Positions 12,338 to 23,566 of a stretch of 64,000 bases of DNA are shown here, piece after piece. The stretch is from Amoebidium appalachense (taxonomy: Eukaryota > Protista > Ichthyosporea). The stretch covers positions 13,173,252-13,237,251 of the forward strand of contig CAVNZM010000003.1 of assembly GCA_963693365.1 (NCBI GenBank), read 5' to 3'. The translations under genes and the position numbers were made by a program. Every line of letters starts with the position of its first letter. Positions within the stretch are counted from its first letter, which is position 1. The notes below the pieces were generated by a model that did not search any database, was not told the origin of the DNA, and saw only the letters and a list, made by a program, of their open reading frames with translations.

Positions 12338-13570
12338 TACCGCAAAGGCTTCTGCATATCTCGTAGGAATATCCATAATAACGATAATTTTGGTATTCCC
12401 ATTTTTGGAAGGTTTAGAGTGCACGATTGTATCAATACTTATTCTTTCGAATAATTTTGTAGGAGTGAGGGATGGAGGTGGGGATGGTCTAACTTTCATG
12501 TGTGGGTCAGAATTACGTGCCTGACACCCAACACACGAGTGCACCCACCTATGCACATACCTACTCATACCCGGCCAATAATACGTGCGCAACGCTTTTA
12601 ACGTGCGATGCACACCAAAATGGCCCATCTTATCATGCACACTCTCTAATAATTCGTGATATAAAGCCTCGGGAACAAACAACTTTCTCCCCTCCAAAGA
12701 AAATTAATATAGGACATTATTTTCCACAAAACAGTGACGAGCAATGCGAGGAGTTTTCTTCTTTTCGCATTACAATACCTGGTGTGGGGTCCTCTACATT
12801 TTCTTCCATATTATCAGCGGGAGAAGTGTTATTCCGTGTGATATTTTGCGTTAATTTTTGCATGAATGCATGCTTTTTGGGTCCCCGTGGGTCTTTTGTA
12901 GACAACAAGGTAATGATATCACCACAAAGGAGGTCATTACATTGTGCTGCTACGATCGCATCTCTCTAGTAGCCGGCCCCAGCTAAGGCAGCTATCTGCA
13001 CAGGATGCGAAGGGGAATCTTGGGAGATATTGCCATTTTTGGAAGCAATATTATTAAGGTACAAAACATGCGAATTTTCTTCTGTATGCAGGGGGACCTG
13101 CACAACATGAAGAGAATTCGAATCTACTCTCTGTTTAACCATGATCACCGAACGAAGGGACCCTTCTAAACTAATTTCACAGGGACCATTCGCTGGCGGG
13201 GAAAGTTTAACGTGAGTATGGGTGGCAGATATGCCCAAATATGGTAAGCAAGCCGCGACGTGCGCTTGCAAAGGCATAGGGGGGTGAGAAGGAGCAGTGT
13301 ATGAGTCATCAGGCAAATAAACTGACGAGATCACTACTGTAACACGCTCCAACTCAGTATTCTTATCATAATGCACCCATCTATCTGCTTCCTGAGAGTG
13401 ATCTGCAGGCGGTTCGTCTGATTGGTCCTCAGCTGCATAAGGAATGCGACTGATACCATCAGCGTCCGGCAAGTCAGAACCTTTTTTATAAAATAACTGG
13501 AAGTCAAAGCCCTGCAGCTTTGCAGCCCAACGACAAATTCTATCATTGGCTATACGCGTGCCTCCGGTAA
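12338..13570 (-). pseudogene. Gypsy pol fragment: end of RNase H, linker, integrase HHCC finger and start of core (segment 1 of 3)
   Basis: RWAAKLQGFDFQLFYKKG..DADGISR; HDKMGHFG...YYWPGM...CVGCQ; FERISID...TRYAEAFAV. Contains frameshifts and stops. Confidence 0.82.
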
Positions 13571-13678
13571 TACATAAATTGAATTTCGGCTTATGATCCG
13601 TATATACGCGAAATGTCCGACCATAGAGATATACTCTCCACTCATGTGTGAGCTGTCAATAGCTGTATGTGTCGTAGT

Positions 13679-13680
<2 letters not shown>

Positions 13681-13748
<68 letters not shown>

Positions 13749-13898
13749 TTGTCTGCCTTTTGGTGGCTGCCCGCATGATCGTTTGTGGTGCGCGAGGGGA
13801 AGGGTAAGTGGAGAGTTTGGGGGGGGGGGGACTGGACTATGATAATAAGGGGGGGGGGGCTGGGTGTTCTTTTCGGTGCTGGTGTGCATATAAATATT

Positions 13899-13956
<58 letters not shown>

Positions 13957-13959
13957 TAT

Positions 13960-13997
<38 letters not shown>

Positions 13998-14319
13998 TGT
14001 TCGTGTGTGGTGTGTCCGGAGGGGGGGGGGGGGGGGGGGAGGACCAAATAGGGGGGGGGGGGGGGGGGGGCTGGGTGTTCTTTTCGGTGCTGGTGTGCAT
14101 ATATATATATATATATATACTAGTATATATATATATATTGTGTATGTGTGTGTGTGTCTGTGTGTGTATGTTTGTGTTCGTGTGTGGAGGGGTCCCCCCT
14201 CCCCCCCTCCGTGTCCGGAGGGAGGAGGGGGGGGACTGGACCATAATAGGGGGGGGGGGGGGGGGGGGGTGTTCTTTTCGGTGCTGGTGTGCATATGTAT
14301 ATATATATATATTTATATA

Positions 14320-14350
<31 letters not shown>

Positions 14351-14361
14351 TGTGTATTCCG

Positions 14362-14392
<31 letters not shown>

Positions 14393-14455
14393 TGCTCGTG
14401 TGTGGTGTGTCCGGAAAGGGGAAGGTGGGTTTGGGGAGGGGGGGGGGGGGGGGGG

Positions 14456-14486
<31 letters not shown>

Positions 14487-14592
14487 AGAGAGAGAGAGCA
14501 AAGGGATCATGGAAGAAGCACGATATCGCTGGACCATAGTACGGAAGGGGTCTGGGTGTTTTATTCGCTGCTGGTGTGCATATATATATATA

Positions 14593-14678
<86 letters not shown>

Positions 14679-14680
14679 AC
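13681..14680. repeat. Compound tandem repeat of ~4 degenerate units (poly-G, ggtgttcttttcggtgctggtgtgcat, (TA)n, (TG)n)
   Basis: The core motif recurs near 13863, 14074, 14268 and 14555, separated by variable microsatellites. Confidence 0.8.
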
Positions 14681-15338
14681 GTACAAGTGCGAGTGCGAGT
14701 GAGCCTATGCCTGCACACATTTTGTGTGTATGTGGGTGTGTGTGCATATGAGGTACATCGGAGCTAATGCGTTTGCGCATATGTGTACGTGTGGGGCCTT
14801 GATTTTTGGGTTGGTGTATATGTTTAAGGAATGAGTGCCGTGTCCGTTTCCACGGCAATGAATGCCGAGAGGGAGAGGGGGGGGGGAGGTATATGCGTTA
14901 GAGAGGGGAACTTGCCGAGGCAAAGGAATTCAGAATCATATACACAAAAAACATAAAGGCATAAACCAGTAAATAAAAATTGTTCAGGCAAGAGATACTT
15001 ATATAGAACCCATTGGGAGGATGGCAGTTGAAGCAGGTAAAAGCTTAAGAGCCACGTAGAATACTAACACGGTTCAAAGGCAGAGTATGCGAGATATACA
15101 AATAAAACATACACCTGACGAAGGGAGGGGGGAGGGGGGGTTATTTAGAACCCCAAAATGAAGACCAGTACGCAGAAGGGGAGGGGAGGGGTGAAGAGGG
15201 GGAGCTTAGGAAGAAGGCAGGAATGATTGCAATAGGCAGAAGAGTGGAAACGGGGTGGGTGTTGGAAGATGGTATCGTTATCCAGTCCGATCGCATGAAT
15301 CAGATCATGATCGGCTGGTGGCCTGCGAGATCTTAACC

Positions 15339-15411
15339 GATCTCGTAGCTCAGTTGGTAGAGCACTCGACCGGAGATAGAGGGGTCGCGGGTTCAAATCC
15401 CGTCGGGATCA
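15339..15411 (+). tRNA. tRNA-like gene in 5' LTR (anticodon loop CCGGAGA, nominal GGA, short variable loop; probably non-decoding)
   Basis: Cloverleaf: acceptor GATCTCG/CGGGATC, D stem GCTC/GAGC, T arm GCGGG-TTCAAAT-CCCGT. A and B boxes present, TTTTT 3 nt downstream. Confidence 0.75.
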
Positions 15412-15708
15412 TCTTTTTCTCATCCTCTTCTCGCTGGGGTAAAAGCCAGCACGCCTTTACTGGCGTCATCACAACCATCGGCAGTGGTTAGGTTGTGATC
15501 TCAAGGCTAGCAAGATCGCTAGTCTCTGCACCAGGACAAAATCCAAAATGGTAGCATGAACAGAGGTTCAGTGGGGACTGAGGGGGCAGTCCACCCTAAC
15601 CTGATTCTGCGATTCGTCCTGAGTGGGGATGTTGGAAGATGGTATCGTTATCCAGTCCGATCGCATGAATCAGATCATGATCGGCTGGTGGCCTGCGAGA
15701 TCTTAACC

Positions 15709-15781
15709 GATCTCGTAGCTCAGTTGGTAGAGCACTCGACCGGAGATAGAGGGGTCGCGGGTTCAAATCCCGTCGGGATCA
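15709..15781 (+). tRNA. Identical tRNA-like gene in 3' LTR
   Basis: Exact copy of 15339-15411, offset by 370 bp. Confidence 0.75.
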
Positions 15782-16157
15782 TCTTTTTCTCATCCTCTTC
15801 TCGCTGGGGTAAAAGCCAGCACGCCTTTACTGGCGTCATCACAACCATCGGCAGTGGTTAGGTTGTGATCTCAAGGCTAGCAAGATCGCTAGTCTCTGCA
15901 CCAGGACAAAATCCAAAAGTGGGTGGGTGGGTGGGGGGGGGGGGGGGGGGGGGGGGGAAACTAAAAATGTTTGCCGCGAACATCAGGACTGCAACAACTG
16001 GATGCCAGCAGTCATCAAAATCGATAACTGCTGAACGAGGGAGAAAGCGGGTGGTGGTAGCACAAGGGAGGGGGACAGACACAAAGCAATCAGCAGCCAG
16101 AAAGAAAAGAGAAAGTATGATGGCACTTCTGTTTGAAGACTAGGCCACCGGGGCCTT

Positions 16158-16202
<45 letters not shown>

Positions 16203-16517
16203 CGAACGGTGCAAAATCGCGTGGGGACGCTCGTTCGTACAGCTATGTCTGGGAGAGCAGGGGTCCTCCGTGGGGATTTGTGAGGAAGAGACGAAGAGGA
16301 CCAGCACAAATTTACTGTTGCGAAAAACAGGAGAAGAAGTTGGAGAATAACAAACACGAAGACAACATCAGAGTGGGAAGGAACAGAGAGAGGAGCAGGG
16401 TTAGGCCTCCCCTCCCTCCCCCCAAGCCCCCTGCGTCTCTGGAGTCCCTCATTCCCCTCCTCTTTCTCGGTGCCGTTCCCTCACTCCCTCACTCTCTCCA
16501 TCTCTCTTTCTTCAAGT

Positions 16518-16549
<32 letters not shown>

Positions 16550-17839
16550 CCCCCCCCCCCCCCCCCACCTCCCTCCCTCCCTCATTCCCTCTCTCCAAAA
16601 CACAAAGCCAACCACATGCAGAGATAAGAATAAAAGAGAAGCATTACGTTTGACTTTCTCCTCTACCCCCTCAAAAAAGTATACACAGTGTGCACGCAGC
16701 ACACACAGAGGCAACCCAGGGGACAAATATCCATTTACGCCTGCCATTACCAGGTTAACCTGTGAAACAAGCAGGAGGTATTCCCCATGAGGCGCGAAAT
16801 AAAAAAAAAAATTGCAGACGCAGGTGCATAGAACATAACAGGCAAGTCTGAATACGCGGGTAGATGACGATGGATAGTGACTTGCAACAACAACAGAACC
16901 AGTTCACCATATACCAACACTCCCAAGATGCAGCCCCAAAATTAACAGTACCATAGTTATCCCGCGAAAAGAACGCCGTCCAAAACAAGGTGTGTGCTGT
17001 GTGCTGAAGAGACCAGCCCTCATCAGCAATTTTGTCGAATCCATCCATAAGCCATCTAAGACGTCAGCATCTAATCAAAGTCATCTACATCCCACCCTTT
17101 AACCCTATCTACCCCATATCCCATCGAAAAGATGTCAGGATATTTTCGGACCATTTAAAGACGACTTTCAAGTTATCATAAAGATGTCTGGAAATTTCCT
17201 GACATCTTTATATACATTTTTCCTGACATCGTTTTCTACACCTAAACCTAACCACTACCCATCCGTAACCCCCCCCAATCCCCACCTTTTCTACCCCTAA
17301 AATATAGGTATCGTAAGATCCTGCACATCAAGACCCTTTTATGTCATCTTTAAGGCCACTTTAAAGAGCTTAAATAAGAAATTAAGGCAACAAACAGACA
17401 TCTAAACGATATCGTTAAAGGGACATCATGTACATTACCTTGTTGCAACGAGAGGTGATTTAGAGGTCTTCATGTTGACTTTTCTGCATCTAAAAAGGCA
17501 CATAAGGAGAACTAAATGTTGCCTTTACAGTATCTCGGGGCATCGGAATCCTTATTTCACGATGCCTTTATGTCATCAAACGGATCTGTTGCCGACCATA
17601 CAAAGATACCTTTTGGATCACTCTACATGATCTTTATTTCATGCACACCGATTCACGACATACACATGTCACCTTTATGTTTACTTTGTGACAACTTGTG
17701 CAGCATAATAAGTCGACAAAACGATCACTACAAGCAATTTAATAAGATCATTTTACTGTATTCTAATCGTCCAAAAATCTATATTAAAGCATCATTTTGT
17801 GCCCCGGTTGATGCCCAGATGATGTCAGTTCCCCCCAGT

Positions 17840-17876
<37 letters not shown>

Positions 17877-18192
17877 CCTTCCCTTTCCTCCCCGTGGCTG
17901 CACAGTGAAGTGTCGTTGACCGTGCTGAACAATCTTTAATTTCTTATGACACGTCCCACTGGGACGTGTCTCCACTCTTTACATCTACGGGATGTCCCAC
18001 TGGGACACCCCTCTACTGTCTCAACTATTCAAAACATTAAAATTCAAGAAAAGAAACACTATAAATTTATGAGAAAAAAACAAACTAAACAAAGTAAACA
18101 AACTTGCAAAATAAAATCCAAAATAATCCCCTACAAAAAAGGGGCAGTACATTTCTTGGGGGGAAGGGGGAGGGGGGGGGGGAGGTGGGGGG

Positions 18193-18984
18193 CTAAGGGG
18201 TGAATTTGGGCTTTTTGTGGGGGCTGGCATGACCCTGTTGGCGCCTTCTCTTCTTGGCCGACCTGGTAAGGGGGGTCTCTCCCTCAGCCTCGTTGAACTC
18301 AGCCGGAGAGTCCTCACCTTGAAACTCAGCCGCCTCCTCCTCCACCCCCTCCACCTGCTGCACGGCCTCGCTGTCACCCTCCGTGCCGCCCACAGCGACA
18401 TCCTCGCCCTCCTTGCCGACCTTGGCCGCGTCCGTCTCGTTTTCACGTTGGTCCACCTTGGGGTCTGGGGCCTCCTTGTGCAGAGACGCGGCCTCCTTAG
18501 CGGCCTGCTCCTCCCGCTCCCGCTCCGCCAGTGCCTCTGCCTCCCTCTCCGCATCGGCCTCCTCCTGCTGCCTGCGCAACTCCTCCCCGGCCTCCCGCTC
18601 GGCTGTCACCATCTGGTCCTTCACGTAGTTGTCGTAGTTTGAGATGTACTGCAGGTAATGGCGGGCACAGAGTCAGATGCTTTACAGAAGTCAGTCTAGA
18701 AAACTTTTTCCAACGATGTGATTGTGTTGTTTGTGTTTTTTTTTTTATGGGGGGGGGGGGGGGGGGGGGGGTTTGCAGATGTGAACAAAGAAGTCTTTTA
18801 TAAAACAGAACAGACTAAATGCTAACTAGCTCGAGTGTCGGCACGCTATAGTGTAGTCAGCCATAATCACACCATAAGGGGGGGGGGGGGGGTAGGAATT
18901 ATAATGAACTTAGCGTAAGTCTCGTGAGCCATGATGAAACACCCCACAGCTCAAGTGTCAGCATCCTATTGCCTAGCCAAAAGG

Positions 18985-19025
<41 letters not shown>

Positions 19026-20614
19026 CCACCAACTTGATGTTGCCTTCGGCCGCAGCACCGTCATAGTTGGGGTCGTCACATTCGAATTTCACGGGGGTCC
19101 ACTTGTTGATGAGCTTGTGTTGGTTGGGGTCTCGCAGCGACACCTCGAAGCAGTTGACGACCAGCCGGAAGAATGCCCTGTGGTCTCTGGCGATATCCTG
19201 CCCAGTGCTTCTTTAGTGATCTGTTTTCAAAAGAGGTAAAGTTCGGAAGGAATACACATAAGGAAGAGAAGAGAAGAGACAGATAATGTTGTCGTCATAT
19301 GGTCTTACTGACATCCAATGGATGTCATTAGGATCATATGACGACAACATTATGGCCCTTCATGATGTAAGAATGTGACCGTAATTCTCTATGATGATGC
19401 TTAAAACTGTCTTTATTCTTGAAATATTCCAAGCATTTGCAGACCTAGGAATATGCATCAATTTTTTTTCGATTCGATTCGTGGAATGTTCATGGTGGAG
19501 GGGAGGGGGGGGGGCGGGGGGGGGGGGGGGGGGGGGGGGAGAAAGCGTTATGCAAGTAAATATATACGATGAAAGCAAGTTATTTGGGAAGTTAAACCGG
19601 TGATCAGAGGAGAACGTGGAAGGGTGAAAGGGAGTGTGTGTGTGTGTATGTGTGTGTACACACGTGTGTTGGTTGAAGAGCGAGTATGTGTGAGTGGGTG
19701 GTGGGCAGGAGGGAAGGGGGGGGGGGGGGGGGGGGGTCCTTTGATGTAGTCTAGACTCAGAATGTGTTGAAAGTGATTTGTTGGGGACATTACATACCAA
19801 GGCAGTCTTGTTGCCAAGGACAAGCCGCACAGCCTTCAATGAGATGCTGCTGAACAGGCGGGAAAACGGCTGGTACCCGAACGGGTTGCCCGTTTCAGGG
19901 TCGACAGAGTACACGCGGCCGCACGGCTGGCCATTCAGCTTGACCTCATCCAGGAGGGCCAGCCACAGCGCTGGTCGCTCATCGGCAGTTGGGCCACGAG
20001 ACAGACAGAGCGCCCCGCCCCCCCCCCCCCCCCCCCCCCCCCCCGGCCCCCACCCGGGCCCCCGGCCCCGCCCCCCCCCCCCACGCCCACCAGTCCTCAA
20101 CACTAGACCCCACACCCAAAGCCCCCAGGCGGACAAGGCCCAGGATGGTCACCCGGCCAGCGCGGGGCAACAGCTGTGCGTAGGCGACCAGCTGTGAATG
20201 TGTGTTTGAATGCAGCAAAAGAAAGGAAACAGAAGCGAGTGGTGGTGAAGCAGGTGGCGGTGGCGTTGTGGGGGGGGGGGGGGGGGGGGGGGGGGGAGGG
20301 GGGGGGGGGGGTTAGTCCATGATTGTGTATTACAGAAGACTGTCAATAAAATATTATATAAATACAATGAAAAGAAAGTATTATTACTACATTACTACTT
20401 GAAACAGCTACATATCTCCATCCCTGTACAAATGACGTTAATGGCATACAAGTAGATTAGAACAAAACAGCTACATATCTCCATCCCTGTACAAATGACG
20501 TTAATGGCATACAAGTAGATTAGAACAAAGTAACCTGTGTGCTAGGATGCGTGTGAGAAGAGTTAAGCCCATTGTCATAGAAGGAGTCCGTTGAGTACGG
20601 AGGGCGGGGGGACG

Positions 20615-20650
<36 letters not shown>

Positions 20651-23566
20651 ATACATCGAGATTGGTCCCAGGTACAACGTACCCAGTCCTCAGGAAGTTG
20701 CGGACGTGCTGGTGGACATTGGACTTGATGGAGGTGATGCCCGTGCGGATTTTGGAGATATACTTCTGTGCGGGATCGCTACGCACACAGTTGCGGATGA
20801 TGTGGACCCACTTGGCCACGGCCTCCTGATTCAGCTTCGCGCTTGACGTCTCGACTTTCTGAAGAACCTCGACGAACTTTCCAGCCAGGTCCCCATCGTG
20901 GGCGTTGTTGATCTGGGGTGACTCCAGCACAAGGTGCTGGTAGATGTTGTGGGTCTTGGAGGACTTTTCCACATAGTCATTCTGACGGTGATGGAAAATG
21001 TTAGAAAACAAGAATGACGATGTGAATAAATCTTGATGGAGCTATAAATCCTCCATGCTGGAAACGTGCTGTAGCAGTTGCTTTGAAATGACCAAGTTTG
21101 AATAGTTCCTTCAGTTTATCCACTTAGACAGAATAAGGGTGTGGATGTAGTAGGGATGGGTTTAGTGCGGGTAGGGGGGGGATGAATGCATTAGGAGGTG
21201 GCAGCATGAGGTGGTGGGATGGCAACAATTCCTCCACAAGGATGAGCTTTGATCACAGAGATTGGTGGGGGGAGGGTTGTTTGAAACATAACTACTACAA
21301 TAGGTAAGAGAAACAAAATCAAAACGAAACCAAGGGAGGGATAGGTTGCCTACCAGGAACTGGGTGGTCTCCTGAAAGGATAATGTCTCGGGGCGTTTCT
21401 TGGAGGGGGAGGGGGTTGGGCGACGGGAAGGGGTGGTAGGGGTGCGGCCCAGCCCAGGCCCAGATGGAGACGGAGGCGGCTCTGGATCATCAAGCACTGG
21501 CAGTCTCGCCTCCTTGCCCAGGAGGGCGCGCAACTGCTCCCTCATGGCGGCGCGACTGTAGGAGCGGATGAGCTTTCGCATCCTCTGGGAGGTGTAGGTT
21601 GGGTGCTTGCCCGACAACACCAGTGTGTAAAAAAGGACCTCGAGCTGATCCTCGCGGTTGTAGGGGCATTCATCCTCGTCGTTGAAGTTGTTCTCGTCAT
21701 CTTCCTGGACTTCTGTGACTGAAGAATAGTAGGACTAATGTTAGTACAATTGTTGGAATCGTAGAAAACTAACAGAAGTGCGGAAACAGGGCAACCCTGG
21801 CAACAGATAGTATTTTCCGGCATGATCCAGATAACTATTGGAGGTCATCATATGACCCAAAACACCACCGAATCCCCCCCTTTCCCAACCATTTCTACAC
21901 CAAAAATGATCTATCGTATGGATATCCCCATCAACATATCGTGGGTGAAGGCAGAGGTTTCGAAAACACAAAAGAACTAGTTGACGTGGACAGGCGAGTG
22001 GGGGGAGCGAGTAAACCACACTAGCAGCAGGTGTGTTTAGAAAGAGTGGAGTGGGTGAAGGGAGAGTATATAAACGGAGGGGGAGGGGGGGGGGGGGGGG
22101 GGGGGGGTTGAATGCAGTCAACAGAACAAAAGTACAAATACAACGGGGAGTGTGGGTGGGTGAGTGCGGGGGGGGGGGGGGGGGGGGTTTGACCAATAGC
22201 AACGGGTATGTTTTCCTGTGTAACTGACTGGAATCCCGCTATCATGTTCTCCACACTAGGCAAGAAGTGTTCCCGACACTCGCACGTGGGATACAGCGCA
22301 AGCTGGTCGATCCAGAGAAAAGTTGCGGTGTTCACTGCTAGCGCAATGTTCGGGCCAACCTGAAAGCCATAGTGAAGCGCTCCAGGTGTGGTTTGTACCA
22401 AGTCGCCGGCGCGCTGTACGACTATGACAGGTGCCAACCCTATGGATGCAAGGTAACGCGGAGACCGAGGGATATAATTTTTGTGCTGAATTGGGTTTCT
22501 GCACGAGCCTGGCAATTCGTTGCGGGCCAGCTGTAAGAGCCGTTTGTACTGGGAGGGAGGGTGGATAAACCACACCTTAATGCCCCACAAAAGAAGGCTT
22601 GCTGAGGCCAGCGCGGCATCTTCAATGTGTGCACCAAACACTGTTAAACCCAAGACAGACAACTGCGCGTACAACATGGCAACATTGATTCCTGGCATTG
22701 TTTCCCCGAAATGATTTCTTCCCAACGGCGTGAAGTCACTGATTGCAGTTACATTGAAAACGCGTTCGTCGAATATTTGATCACCATCCACCTCGACATC
22801 GGATGCATAGACACCACCAACACCTTCGAGGTTTTCCTCAAACAACTGCGCTATCTGCTCACTGCTCATTTCACCCAAACCACTAACATCTTGAGGCAAC
22901 GTTTGACACTTGGAAAGGTCCACGCTGACAGGCTCCCGGCTTATCTCGCACCATGACTCGGACACGCGAGTTACTGTTTGCCTACACGCTTGCTCTTTTA
23001 TCTCTTTGGTCGAAAACTGTTCCATCGCATCACGAAAAGGAACAGGAGGTGCAAACCCCTCTAATAAACAACAGCCCTCCCGTTTCTCTTCAGCACTGTG
23101 CAGGGCACGAAGTGCCTTTAAAGCCTTTTCCCTATCCATGAAAGACGAAGCGCAATGTTGTTTTTATGTTTGAAGATTTTAAAAGTTTTTGATGTTACAG
23201 TGAGAAAGCCTAGGTGAAACTGACAACGAGCACACGCGTAACGACTATTTATGCAGCAGGGGGTGTAAAACACAAACACAACCCACCTTTCCTCTTCGGC
23301 TGCAGCATGGCGAGGGCGGCCGGGGCCGTAACTGAGGTGATGCCTTTGAGGAGAATGCCGACTGACTGCCCAGTAGGGCTTTCAGCCTTGCTGGGATTCT
23401 CCCTGCCCCTACCCCCGGCCTTGCTATCCTTGCCGCCCTTGCCGCCCTTGCCGCCCTTGCTGGCGGCCACGGGCTCGCTGCAGTCCGAGTCGTCGAACGG
23501 CGTCTCAACCTTTTTGCGCTTGGGAAGCTTGGTCGTTGTGGCGCCCATTTTCGCGGTCTTTGGCAT
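18193..23566 (-). CDS. Multi-exon cargo gene of unknown function (basic N-terminus, acidic C-terminus), possibly including the JmjC exon. Exons approx. 23566-23287, [23060-22194], 21718-21354, 20981-~20683, ~20191-20116, ~19985-19798, ~19197-19030, 18649-18193
   Basis: GC3-rich open segments bounded by GT/AG sites and separated by poly-C/microsatellite introns. Several junctions are phase-compatible; the middle junctions are not fully resolved. Confidence 0.6.
19283..19353. repeat. 71-bp near-perfect palindrome (35-bp arms, 3 mismatches)
   Basis: ATAATGTTGTCGTCATATGGTCTTACTGACATCCA-A-TGGATGTCATTAGGATCATATGACGACAACATTAT. Confidence 0.9.
20404..20529. repeat. Tandem duplication of ~63 bp within an intron
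   Basis: ACAGCTACATATCTCC...GTAGATTAGAACAAA occurs twice. Confidence 0.9.
22194..23139 (-). CDS. KDM4/JMJD2-like JmjC-domain (histone lysine demethylase-like) coding segment
   Basis: VYASDV, MPGINVAMLY, FGAHIED, GIKVW, CRNPIQHK, QRAGDLVQTTPGALHYGF, NIALAVN, WID..TCEC align by eye with KDM4 motifs (IYGAD, GVNTPYLY, FAWHTED, PKSW, C..FLRHK, QEAGEF..FP.GYHAGF, NCAESTN, WI..CxC). Confidence 0.85.

Larger units (their letters stand above)
15260..15918 (+). mobile_element. TRIM (miniature non-autonomous LTR retrotransposon) with tRNA-containing LTRs, Helenus/Cassandra-like
   Basis: Two apparently identical 289-bp LTRs (15260-15548, 15630-15918; TGTTGGA...TCCAAAA). PBS-like TGGTAGCA at 15549, PPT GAGTGGGGA at 15621-15629, and a 5-bp TSD GTGGG (15255-15259, 15919-15923). 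Confidence 0.88.

Noticed and set aside
15339-15781. Pair of ordinary host tRNA-Ser genes
   Set aside because: No long variable arm, C33 and a stem mismatch; both copies lie inside an LTR-PBS-PPT-LTR structure with a TSD.
16755-17048. 97-aa minus-strand ORF spanning the left TIR
   Set aside because: No recognisable motif, and it crosses the inferred insertion boundary.
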